A stretch of 37,117 nucleotides of DNA from Candidatus Hydrogenedentota bacterium (lineage in GTDB: Bacteria > Hydrogenedentota > Hydrogenedentia > Hydrogenedentales > SLHB01). This document shows, one piece after another, positions 1-9,406 of this stretch. Below the pieces are notes generated by a model. The model was not told the DNA's origin, ran no database searches, and saw only the letters and a program-made list of their open reading frames with translations. The DNA is taken from assembly GCA_034408725.1 (NCBI GenBank), contig JAWXCN010000273.1, forward strand, positions 1 through 37,117. The letters are read 5' to 3'. The position numbers and the translations under genes are program-made. Position 1 is the stretch's first letter; each line of letters starts with the position of its first letter.

Positions 1-2
1 CT

Positions 3-353
3 ATCGCCGACCGTCCCTCCGCGGGACAAGAAGCCGAGGGATTTACCGAGAGCAGCACGGGCGAAAATCTCGTCATCGAAAACAAAAAAATGTACGGCTT
101 CCACGGTCACTTCAGCAGTTGCAACAGCATGTTGTTTTTCGGCGGCGGCATCAAGGGCGGCACAGTATACGGAAAAACGGCTGACCAGCACCCGATGCTG
201 CCCATTGAAGGCGCAACGACCCTGATCGATGCGTATGCAACGATCTATCACTTGCTGGGGATTGCACCCGACGTGTATTACGTTTCGGAAGGCCGGCCGA
301 TTTACGTGACGGATCTCGGCCACGGCAGGCCGATTCAGCCGTTGCTGGCGTGA
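3..353 (+). CDS. DUF1501 domain protein, C-terminal part (5' truncated by the window)
   Basis: The frame is open from position 3. It carries the C-terminal motifs FFGGGIKGGTVYGKT and YATIYHLLGI typical of DUF1501, and lies next to a DUF1549/DUF1553 gene. Confidence 0.8.
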   Translation: MADRPSAGQEAEGFTESSTGENLVIENKKMYGFHGHFSSCNSMLFFGGGIKGGTVYGKTADQHPMLPIEGATTLIDAYATIYHLLGIAPDVYYVSEGRPIYVTDLGHGRPIQPLLA

Positions 354-395
354 GTAACATTCACCGCTGGTTGAACAGGAGTTAGAGCACGCAGT

Positions 396-3300
396 ATGGG
401 AGCTTTGGATACACTTAGGAACCCGTCGATGTTTCACGCGGCGGTCGTTCACATGCCCATCGTCTTCGTCGTGGTGGGCATACCGCTTATTTATTTTCTC
501 GCGGTTTCTCGCACGCAGACAAATAAATTGCGATGGTTGTGCGTGGGCTTTTACGCCGTCACGGCATTCTTCTCGTACCTCGCAGTGGTTTCCGGTGAAG
601 GCGCGATGGACAAAATCCCCCCGACAGTTCCAAAAATTGTTTCGGACGTGATAGAGCGTCACGAAGAGATGGGTGAGTTGGTCTGGAAGTTCGCGCTGGG
701 CATTGCGGTGATTCTCGGATTCAGCACGTTGCCGGTGCGCGCCGCACAAAACACGTTCACCGGTCTGGGACTTATCGCTTCGATCATGCTCGCCGTGTGG
801 GTCGCCATCCTCGGCCACTTTGGCGGCACGCTTGTCTATGAACACTCCTTGGGCACGCCCGCAATGGCGCAATTGTACGCACCCAAACCGGAAGCCCAGC
901 CGGTCCTGGATTCCACCGATCCGATCATTGATCCCGTCGGGAATCCCGCGCCTCTGGCCGAACCGGCCGCGGCTGTCGCGCCGGAAGGCGATCAAAGCTT
1001 TCCGGATATCCTTCCTCTCGATCCGGAACAAGGCAAGACCATCAGTTACATCCGTGACATCAAGCCCATCCTTATCGAGCATTGCGACGAGTGCCACAAC
1101 CCCGACAAACCGCGCGGCAATTTCGATTCGACGTCGGTGCTGGCAATCATTGATGGCGGCAAAAAGGGTGGACCAGGAATTGTTCCCGGGAAACCGGACG
1201 AGAGCTCGTTGGTGAAATACATCCGCGGGGTATTGCGCCCGCAGATGCCCAAGGGTGAAGACCCGCTTACCACGGAACAACTGCACACCATCCGGTTATG
1301 GATCGCGGCAGGCGCCATTGATGATTCCGCCGACACGGCAACGCCCGCGCCGGAGGCCGTTATCGCGAGCGAACCCGCGCCAGTTGCTCCAGAAACAGAA
1401 ACGAGCCCTGCCAAACCGGAAACCGCGCCCGCACCGGAGCCAGCGCCAGCTACGACGGTGGACGCGCCAACCCCGTTGGCCGCCTCGACCGGCCAGGCGC
1501 GCGTATCGCTGGCAAAGTTCACGGCTGCCGTGACTTTGTCCGCGCAGCAACCTGCAGCCGTGGAAACGTCCGTTGCCATTACGGCAGGCGCGCCGAGTGT
1601 CGATGAACTTCTGTTCAGCGGTGGTCCCGAAGATTTGCTGATCAAGCGGCGGAACTACCGTATGGCGCTTGTGCCCAAAACTGCCGCGCCACCCGCGACA
1701 GACAAACCCGTCAATAACGACATAGACCGATTTATAGCCGCTAAGTGGAACGAGGTCCAACCAGAATTCGCTGGCGAGGTCTGCGACGATGCAGTCTTTG
1801 CGCGCCGCGCGTATCTCGATACAATCGGAATGATCCCGAAATCCGAAGAAGTACAATCCTTCATTGCGGATACCGGGCCCAACAAACGCGAAGTTCTGAT
1901 CGACGCTTTGCTCGCGCGCAATGAAGACTATGCCGCGCACTGGACGCCTTTCTGGGAAGATGCATTGTGCAGCAATGGCAACCACCAGGGCGGCGTCGGC
2001 ACGCGCGGCAACTACCGCACCTGGATTTTCGACTCGTTCAAGGAAAACAAGGCGTACGACGTTATGACCGCGGAACTGCTCGATCCGCACATGCCGAACC
2101 AACCCTTGCGCTACATCCTGCGGCAAGACCAAACGCGCATCCTGAAAAGCGCGGCGGATACCGCCCAGGTCTTTCTCGGCACGGCAATGAAATGCGCGGG
2201 GTGTCACAACCATTTCGACAACAAGGAATGGCCGCAAACGCGGTTCTACGGTTTCGCGGCGTTCTTTTCCGATGCCGACCTCGAACTGGTTCGATGCGAA
2301 GCGCGCACCGGCAAATTTGTGCCGGCGTCGTTTGTGTTCGACATGCCCGGCATTCCCACGGACGTTCCGAAGACCGAAAACGAGCGTGCCGCGCGCATCG
2401 CGCAGCTTATCATCGATCCCTGCAATCCGCGCTTCGCGAAAACGCTCGTGAACCGGTTGTGGAAACGATTCATCGGCACTGGACTGTTTGAACCCGCCGA
2501 CGATTTCCGCGAAGACATCCCCGCCAGCCATCCTGAACTGCTCGAATGGCTTGCCTACGATTTCATGGCCAACGGCTACGACATCAAGCACACAATGCGG
2601 CAAATCCTCACCAGCCGGACGTATCAGTTGAAATATGACGCGGCGCTCGAAGACCACTATGATGTCGCAAAACCCGGTGCGCCGCGTTATTACCGTTCGC
2701 CGCGTCTGCGCCGGATGACCGCGGAACAGTTGCTCGACAGCATGAAAATTGCCTTGGGCGAAACCGTTACCAATGACACGCGCGAATACCGCAGCGACGA
2801 GTCAACGCCGTTGACCCGCGCACTTGGACGGCCCGCGGCGCGCAACGAAGTCAGTACGGCGCGCGCCGAAGATTCCGCCGTCGTGCAAACGCTTGAATTG
2901 CTCAATGGCGATGAATATTACGGACGCATCTATTCCGGGGCATTCATGACCGCCGCGGCGCAACGCGCGCGCGCGAAAGAGTTCGACGGCGTCATGACCG
3001 ACATGTACTGGTCCGTGCTGAACCGCGCGCCCGCGGACGCGGAACGCGCGCTGGGCGTCGAGTTTCTGAAAGGCGCCGCTACGAATCCCACATTGCCGGA
3101 TACTATTGATGCGGCATTGTTGGATGACGCGCTACCCGAAGGCGCGACAACGACAGATGCGGCGGCATGGGAATGGGTAACTGCGCCTGACGCGCCCGTG
3201 TTCAGCGGGACCACCTCTCGAAAACTTTCTCAACCCGAAGTACCGGCCGTCGCAACGACAGCATCCGAGGATCGCGCCCGGCTTGAATTGGCGGTCGACA

Positions 3301-3773
3301 CCGCGCAATCACCCGTCGAACCCGCGGTGATTATTCCGATTGAACAACGCATCGAATCGCTGGCGCAACCGTTCACGGTCGGCGCGGACGACGTGTTGTA
3401 TGCTTACGTGTACATTGATGCAAACGATCCGCCAAAGGCGCTAATGCTCGAATGGCGCGAAGGAGATTCGTGGGAACACCGCGCATACTGGGGCGACGCG
3501 GAAATAAGAGCCGAGCTCGGCGAAGGTCCGCAACGGCTCGCGATGGGCGCGCTGCCTGCGCCCGGCCAATGGGTCCGGCTTGAAGTGCCCGCGCACGCGC
3601 TTGGCCTGGGTAATGGCGCGGGCGTCACCGGCATCGCGTTTGTCCAGCTCGGCGGGACTGCATATTGGGACAAGTCCGGCGCGTTGAGTTCGCCCTATGG
3701 CGGCGCCACGCCATCCGTCGGCGACGCGCTGTGGGCGCTGCTGACTTCGCCCGAGTTTCAGTACATCCGATAG
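396..3773 (+). CDS. Fusion protein: DUF2231-like membrane domain + planctomycete cytochrome c (PSCyt1) + DUF1549 + DUF1553
   Basis: About 4 N-terminal TM segments with HAAVVHMPI and GHFGGTLVY. CxxCH motifs are CDECH (1083-1097) and CAGCH (2193-2207). Other motifs: GIVPGKPDESSL...MP, NDIDRFI...FARRAYLD, VNRLWKRFIGTGL, SHPELLEWLA and a terminal LWALLTSPEF. RBS AGGAG lies upstream. Confidence 0.85.
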   Translation: MGALDTLRNPSMFHAAVVHMPIVFVVVGIPLIYFLAVSRTQTNKLRWLCVGFYAVTAFFSYLAVVSGEGAMDKIPPTVPKIVSDVIERHEEMGELVWKFALGIAVILGFSTLPVRAAQNTFTGLGLIASIMLAVWVAILGHFGGTLVYEHSLGTPAMAQLYAPKPEAQPVLDSTDPIIDPVGNPAPLAEPAAAVAPEGDQSFPDILPLDPEQGKTISYIRDIKPILIEHCDECHNPDKPRGNFDSTSVLAIIDGGKKGGPGIVPGKPDESSLVKYIRGVLRPQMPKGEDPLTTEQLHTIRLWIAAGAIDDSADTATPAPEAVIASEPAPVAPETETSPAKPETAPAPEPAPATTVDAPTPLAASTGQARVSLAKFTAAVTLSAQQPAAVETSVAITAGAPSVDELLFSGGPEDLLIKRRNYRMALVPKTAAPPATDKPVNNDIDRFIAAKWNEVQPEFAGEVCDDAVFARRAYLDTIGMIPKSEEVQSFIADTGPNKREVLIDALLARNEDYAAHWTPFWEDALCSNGNHQGGVGTRGNYRTWIFDSFKENKAYDVMTAELLDPHMPNQPLRYILRQDQTRILKSAADTAQVFLGTAMKCAGCHNHFDNKEWPQTRFYGFAAFFSDADLELVRCEARTGKFVPASFVFDMPGIPTDVPKTENERAARIAQLIIDPCNPRFAKTLVNRLWKRFIGTGLFEPADDFREDIPASHPELLEWLAYDFMANGYDIKHTMRQILTSRTYQLKYDAALEDHYDVAKPGAPRYYRSPRLRRMTAEQLLDSMKIALGETVTNDTREYRSDESTPLTRALGRPAARNEVSTARAEDSAVVQTLELLNGDEYYGRIYSGAFMTAAAQRARAKEFDGVMTDMYWSVLNRAPADAERALGVEFLKGAATNPTLPDTIDAALLDDALPEGATTTDAAAWEWVTAPDAPVFSGTTSRKLSQPEVPAVATTASEDRARLELAVDTAQSPVEPAVIIPIEQRIESLAQPFTVGADDVLYAYVYIDANDPPKALMLEWREGDSWEHRAYWGDAEIRAELGEGPQRLAMGALPAPGQWVRLEVPAHALGLGNGAGVTGIAFVQLGGTAYWDKSGALSSPYGGATPSVGDALWALLTSPEFQYIR

Positions 3774-4849
3774 TGGGCACGCCGGGGGCCGATCACAGCG
3801 CGCCATTGTCCGCCCCGCGATCTCGATGGGTATTGCGGTCCGTAAATGCCGCACTTGTCGTGGGCGCATTGCTGATCGTCGCCATTCCCTTCGAATTTCT
3901 GTTTCGCCACCGGTACGCGCATCTGCTCTACACACCGCGTGCGGAAGTGCGGGCCGTGCAGCAATACCTTACGCTCGACCCCGTGATCGGGTTTCGCTGG
4001 CAATCCAATGTGTCGCAAGACCGTGGCGTGCGATTTGTACTCAATGACATTAAGCCCGCGCCTCTGTCCACCGACGCATTCGGAATCATGAACCTTCCCG
4101 CGGCGATAGCGGATCAGACTGCTGGCCCCCCTGTAGACGTAGTCGGTCTCGGCGACTCCTTTATGGAAATGGCGAATCCCGGTTTTGACGAAAAGTTTCG
4201 AGCAGCCGGCCTTTCGTATTACAGTCTTGCCATTCACCGGCAATGCCCTCCGCAATACAACGCCATTCTCGATCGCCGGGGCCGCGGTATGAAGCCGGGA
4301 GTGATCCTCTATGGATTGTTTGAGAATGATTTCAATGAAATCTCCGATTACCGCTCGTGGCAGCGCAGCGGGCTGGATTGGTTTGCCTACCATTCAGGAA
4401 CGTGGTGCGGACCGCCCATCGGTGCGACGCGTATCGAGCGCGCGATGCGCACGCGCGCCCGCGGCTGGTACGCGTTTACCCGAATCCTGAACGCGCGCCT
4501 GCGCGGCGAACGCATGACACTTACGGGACCCACGCGATCCGAAATCGAGGATGCCGCTGCATGCGTAACAGACGCCGCGTCACAAGCGCGGGAGTTGGAT
4601 GCCCAATTTATTCTGTTGCTTATTCCGAGCAAGCAGACGGCGACGGCGGGCGAGACGTTAGAAGCGCGCGCATACGACGCGATGCTGGAAATGTTTCCGG
4701 AAATACAGGCCATTGATCTTCGAAGCATTTTTCAAGCGCATCCCCAACCGGAGTCGTTGTATTATGACAAAGACAGTCACTGGAACGAGCGCGGCGTCGC
4801 GCTTGCGGCGGACTGCGTGCTTAAACGATTGGAATCGCCCGCGCCATGA
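3773..4849 (+). CDS. Membrane-anchored SGNH/GDSL hydrolase-like protein (AlgX/AlgJ-like)
   Basis: N-terminal TM segment, GLGDSF nucleophile block, FENDF and a DSHWN (DxH) motif. Start placed at the GTG overlapping the upstream stop (TAGTG); the exact start is uncertain. Confidence 0.7.
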   Translation: MGTPGADHSAPLSAPRSRWVLRSVNAALVVGALLIVAIPFEFLFRHRYAHLLYTPRAEVRAVQQYLTLDPVIGFRWQSNVSQDRGVRFVLNDIKPAPLSTDAFGIMNLPAAIADQTAGPPVDVVGLGDSFMEMANPGFDEKFRAAGLSYYSLAIHRQCPPQYNAILDRRGRGMKPGVILYGLFENDFNEISDYRSWQRSGLDWFAYHSGTWCGPPIGATRIERAMRTRARGWYAFTRILNARLRGERMTLTGPTRSEIEDAAACVTDAASQARELDAQFILLLIPSKQTATAGETLEARAYDAMLEMFPEIQAIDLRSIFQAHPQPESLYYDKDSHWNERGVALAADCVLKRLESPAP

Positions 4850-5331
4850 ATCTTGAAGCCATCGAACAACGCTGTCTCGCATACCTGGGCGACACGCCGC
4901 GCGTAATCACGCCGATATCCGAATTGTTAAGAATGTTGGACCAGGACGAAGACTGCCAGGGAATGGACGAAGCTCGGCTCGCGCGGTTTCTTCGCGAGCA
5001 CGAACTGTTTTCCGTAATCGATCCCGCGACGATAGAACGCGACAGCGAATCGGCGATTCAATCAGAACTCGATGTGATGACGGAGACCGGCGTACTCCTA
5101 ACGGGCCGGATTCCCTCGAATGATCAGGTGTTGGCATCCATGGCCCACAGCCTCGACACCATGATGAAAGCCCTCGAATCCGGCACGGAGAAAGCGCGGA
5201 ATGATTCCGATCCCAAACGCGCGTTGCGCGTGCAAAACATTCTCAAGCGCGCGCGCGAGTTGCACCAAAAAATGAATGAAACCGGGCTTACTTCGCGCGA
5301 CCCGAAAGAAAACCCTAGTGCGCCTGAATGA
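4846..5331 (+). CDS. Hypothetical protein (161 aa)
   Basis: ATGA overlap with the upstream stop and protein-like composition. No family recognised. Confidence 0.7.
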   Translation: MNLEAIEQRCLAYLGDTPRVITPISELLRMLDQDEDCQGMDEARLARFLREHELFSVIDPATIERDSESAIQSELDVMTETGVLLTGRIPSNDQVLASMAHSLDTMMKALESGTEKARNDSDPKRALRVQNILKRARELHQKMNETGLTSRDPKENPSAPE

Positions 5332-5335
5332 TTTC

Positions 5336-5351
5336 GTAGGAACTTTCCTAC
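5336..5351. promoter_or_regulatory. 7-2-7 inverted repeat GTAGGAA-CT-TTCCTAC, candidate response-regulator site
   Basis: Perfect 7-bp arms with a 2-bp spacer in the intergenic region upstream of the hybrid kinase. NarL-family regulators bind 7-2-7 sites. Confidence 0.4.
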
Positions 5352-5630
5352 ATCTCGCGTAGGACAAAAGCCCAGACCTAACAGCGGTATTTCTAGTGTT
5401 TCGTGCCGCCCTGCATTACACTAATGTGTGAATTTTTTCTGTTCCAACGTAAGTGACTTTACTGTGTATGGCACTCGGACTACCGCAAGGCCGCGCAAGC
5501 CAAATTTGCGGTTCCACTTTCGGAAGCGGATTGACGATTTATCCGGCGCCGAAGAAACCGGTTTGCAGCTCAAACCGGGTGAAAATTGATACTGCGTGGC
5601 GGGCTTTGAAGCCAGCCGAGGAAGTAGCTG

Positions 5631-8600
5631 ATGGCAGTAGGTGTTCAGAAAAAAGACGATATTCGCCGCGAAAACGAAGAATTGCGCCGTCGGCTCGAAA
5701 AAGCTGAGACGATCATCAACGCTATTCGGCGGGGCAGGGTTGATGCTTTTGTCGTTGGAGACAGTACGAACGATGAAGTGAAGATGCTCGAGGGATTTGA
5801 TCAACCTTATCGGCTATTCGTCGAGGGCATGCAGCAAGGCGCGGTAACCCTGACGGACGATGGCACAATTGCGTTCGTCAATCCGAGTTTTGCAAACAAA
5901 TTGTCGGAACCGGCAGGGGCATTGCTGGGAGTCAATTTTGCGTCGAAAGTCGCCCCGCAAAGCCGGGAGATTTTTAAGGCGCTGTTACAGCGCGGGAAAG
6001 TTGATGGCAGTGAGGGAGAGGTCGATCTGATTCGGCGCGATGGAACGGTGTTTCCCGCCTATGTGGCGATGAATCCGCTATCGCAGAATCAGGGAATCAC
6101 CGGCCTCATCTTGACGGATTTGTCACAGCAGCGCCAACGTAGATCCGAAAATGAATACATACAGTTGGAACAGGCCGCGCGTTCCAAGGCGGAGGAAATC
6201 GCGGCCACCCTGCGCGCAAGCGAAGAGCGGTTCCAGTTTGCGACGCAACATGGAAGAGTTGGTATATGGGATTGGAACCTGCTCACCAATGAAGTCGAAG
6301 CTACACAGTCTTTGTATAGCATTCTAGGGTTAAATCCGCAAACGCCGCGATCGTTCGATCGGGAGAGTTTTTTGGAATTCGTGCATCCAGACGATCGCGA
6401 GCATGTCGAGTCGGCGATGCGGCACTCGTTGGAGCAGGATGTGCCCTTTGAACTCGAAATGCGGGCCATCCGAAGCGATGGCCTCACCATCTGGCTGTTT
6501 ACGAGCGCGCGGCTGGTAACCGAGGCGGACCGCCCGGTCCGCATGCTGGGCACGACAATTGATGTTACCGATCTGAAACGGGCCGAAGAAGAAACCCGCC
6601 AGACGCGCGAAGAACTCCAATTCATTACAGATACGATGACGGCCGCTGTCGTGCGTTGCGACGCGAACAACCGTTACACCTGGGTTAGCCGTGAATATGC
6701 GGCCCGATTCAAACTTGAACCGCACGACCTGGTGGGCCAATCCATTCAGCAATTCCTCGGCGAAAAGGCGTGGCAGACGATCGAACCGTATGCCAAGCGG
6801 GCGCTGTCGGGTGAGCGGGTCGATTACGAAGTGCCCATTGATTATGACGCCCTGGGATCGCGCTGGATTCGCGCCGTATACGTCCCCACCTATGGCAATG
6901 GCCCGAATCCGAATGGGTACGTGGCCGTCGATACCGATCTGACGTCGCGCAAACAACTCGAAGATGCCGTGGCGCATAGCGAGAAGCGATATAGAGAGCT
7001 TGTTCAGGGGTTGCCGGCTGCCGTATACACCTGCGATTCGGAAGGCCGGATCGGCCTCTATAACGACGCGGCCGTCGCCCTGTGGGGCCGCACACCCGAC
7101 CTCGACGACCTGTGGTGCGCCTCGTACAAAATATTCAAGGATGGTGTCGAAATTTCGATGGATGCGTGTCCCATGGCGGACTGCGTTCGCAACGGACGGG
7201 CGGTGCATGGCACAGAAATCATCGTCGAACAGCCCGACGGATCGAGACGGCATGTTTTGCCGCATCCCGAGCCGCTTCACGACGCGAACGGAAACATCAT
7301 CGGCGCGATTAATATGCTCATTGACATTACGGACCGGAAACTCGCAGAAGAAGAATTGGCGCAGACCCGTGACGATCTCGCCGTGCAAGTCAAGACATTG
7401 ACCCAATTGCATGAGCTATCCATTCGGCTCGTGGATTCGCCGGAACTCACTCCGACGATACAGGCCATTGTGGAAACGTTTGTGGAGAGCTGTGGCGCCC
7501 GGAGTGGATTACTCTCCCTCTATAATCCTGATTCCGGAGAACTATATCCGGCGGCAACATCGGGTTTTGACCCGAAAAGCCTTGAATATCTAAAGCCCCT
7601 CAAGCCGGCCCTGAACGCGGGGTGCGGCGGCGCAGCTTTCGTAACGCGCGCCCGCGCAGTGGTTACAGATACAGAAAGCGATTCCTGGTTCGCCGATTCT
7701 AAAGATCTCGCGCGCGTAGCGGGATTTCGTGCGGTTCACAGCACCCCCATTTTGACCCGCAGTGGGGATGTGCTCGGTGTTCTCTCAGTGCAGTATACAG
7801 AGCAGCACACGCCTTCCCAGCGCGAGATGCAAATGGCCGACCTCTATGCGCGACACGCCGCCGATACGATCGAAGCGGCGCACAATCAGCAGGTGTTGCG
7901 CGAAAGCGAGCAACGGTTTCGTATTTTGGCGAACTCCTCGCCAGCCATGCTTTGGAAAACCGGACCGGACGGCGCCTGCACGTTTTTGTCGGGACGGTGG
8001 TATGAATTCACGGGGCAACCGGTAGATTCCGGCCTCGGCATGGGGTGGCTGGAGGCGGTACACCGCGAAGACCGCGACGCCGTTCGAAACGTCTTTACCG
8101 CATCGCACGAAATGGGGAACCCCTGGGAGTTGGATTTCCGGCTTCGACGGGCCGACGGTGAATATCGTTGGGTGGCCAATTCCGCGCAGGCACGGCTTAC
8201 CGCAGGGGGAGATTTTGCCGGGTTCGTTGGCTTAATCATCGATATTACGGATCGCAAGGAAGCAGAGCAGGACCTGGTGTTTCTCCGAAGTATTGGAACG
8301 CCGCGTCATCGAGCGCACCGGCCAACTCAGGACGCTTGCCGTCGAATTGACACAGGCCGAGCGGCGAGAGCGAAAACGCCTTGCGCAGGTCCTGCACGAT
8401 GATATCCAGCAGTTGCTCGTCGCGGTAAAAATGCAGGCGGGTTTGGCAATAGCGCAACCCGAACCTGCGGACCACCTTGGCGAAATGGCGCGATTGGCCG
8501 ATGAGGCTATATCGAGTTGTCGCGCGCTCGTCTACGGTTTGAGCCCGCCGATGCTTCAATACGCAAACATGTACGAAATTTTGCAAGGGCTTTGCAAACA

Positions 8601-9384
8601 CATGGGGCAGCAACACAACTTGAACGCTGACGTTACGCTTCTCGATCCTCCGCCCCCCATCGGAGAGGACGTGCGCGCGTTGCTGTACGAAATCACCCGC
8701 GAATTGCTGTTCAATGTCGTCAAGCATTCCGGTGTCAACGAAGCCACGGTGATGCTTGGAACGGATAACGGAATGGTGTGCATCGACGTTGTGGACAAGG
8801 GTAATGGGTGCGACATTGAGTTATTGGAACTCGCGGGTCCCGATGGTTTCGGGTTGTTTTCCATTCGCGAACGGTTGGCGGTCCTTGGAGGACGTCTCGA
8901 TGCATCGGCGTCGATCGGCACAGGCTGTTCCATTCGCGTCGTTGCCCCCTCGGAACCCGTCAACCGTGGTCCCGTACAGGTTGTCTCTCCGCGGGAACGC
9001 GGGCTCATCGAGCCAAACAAAAAACTGCGTGTATTGATCGCCGACGATCACCAGATTCTTCGTCAGGGTCTTGCAAAGTTGCTCGCAACTCAACCGGACA
9101 CCGAGATTGTAGGACAAGCGTCAGACGGGGTCGAAGCCGTAGAAATGACGCGGCGCCTCAAACCGGATGTCATCGTCATGGACGTTTCGATGCCCCGAAT
9201 GACGGGCATCGAAGCCACCCGATGCATTCACGCGGAATCGCCCGAAATACGCATCGTAGGGCTGTCCATGCACGAGCCAGACGAAATGGCGGCCTTGATG
9301 CGGGAAGCGGGCGCCTGCGCATACGTGAACAAAACTGGTCCAATCGAAGAATTACTGCGGGTGTTGCGAGACTCCGCGGGTTAA
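5631..9384 (+). pseudogene. Hybrid sensor histidine kinase (5 PAS + GAF + HisKA_3 + HATPase + REC) split by a frameshift at about 8280-8290
   Basis: ORF 5631-8402 holds PAS/PAC repeats (DVTDLK, DLTSRK, DITDRK twice) and a GAF domain. The overlapping frame 8284-9384 holds LERRVIERT, the H-box LHDDIQQLL, ELLFNVVKHS, GFGLFSIRER and a REC domain (ADDH, MDVSMP, YVNK). It may be a real frameshift or an assembly error. Confidence 0.8.
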
Positions 9385-9406
9385 GCAGGTCTTCTATGCC
9401 GCGGTT

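Noticed and set aside
1296-2657. 453-aa minus-strand ORF
   Set aside because: Antisense shadow of the DUF1549/DUF1553 gene in GC-rich DNA, with no recognisable motifs.
5453-5707. 84-aa ORF upstream of the kinase considered as a kaiB remnant
   Set aside because: No KaiB-like motifs, and it overlaps the kinase start.
6330-7412. 360-aa minus-strand ORF
   Set aside because: Antisense to the well-supported PAS kinase.
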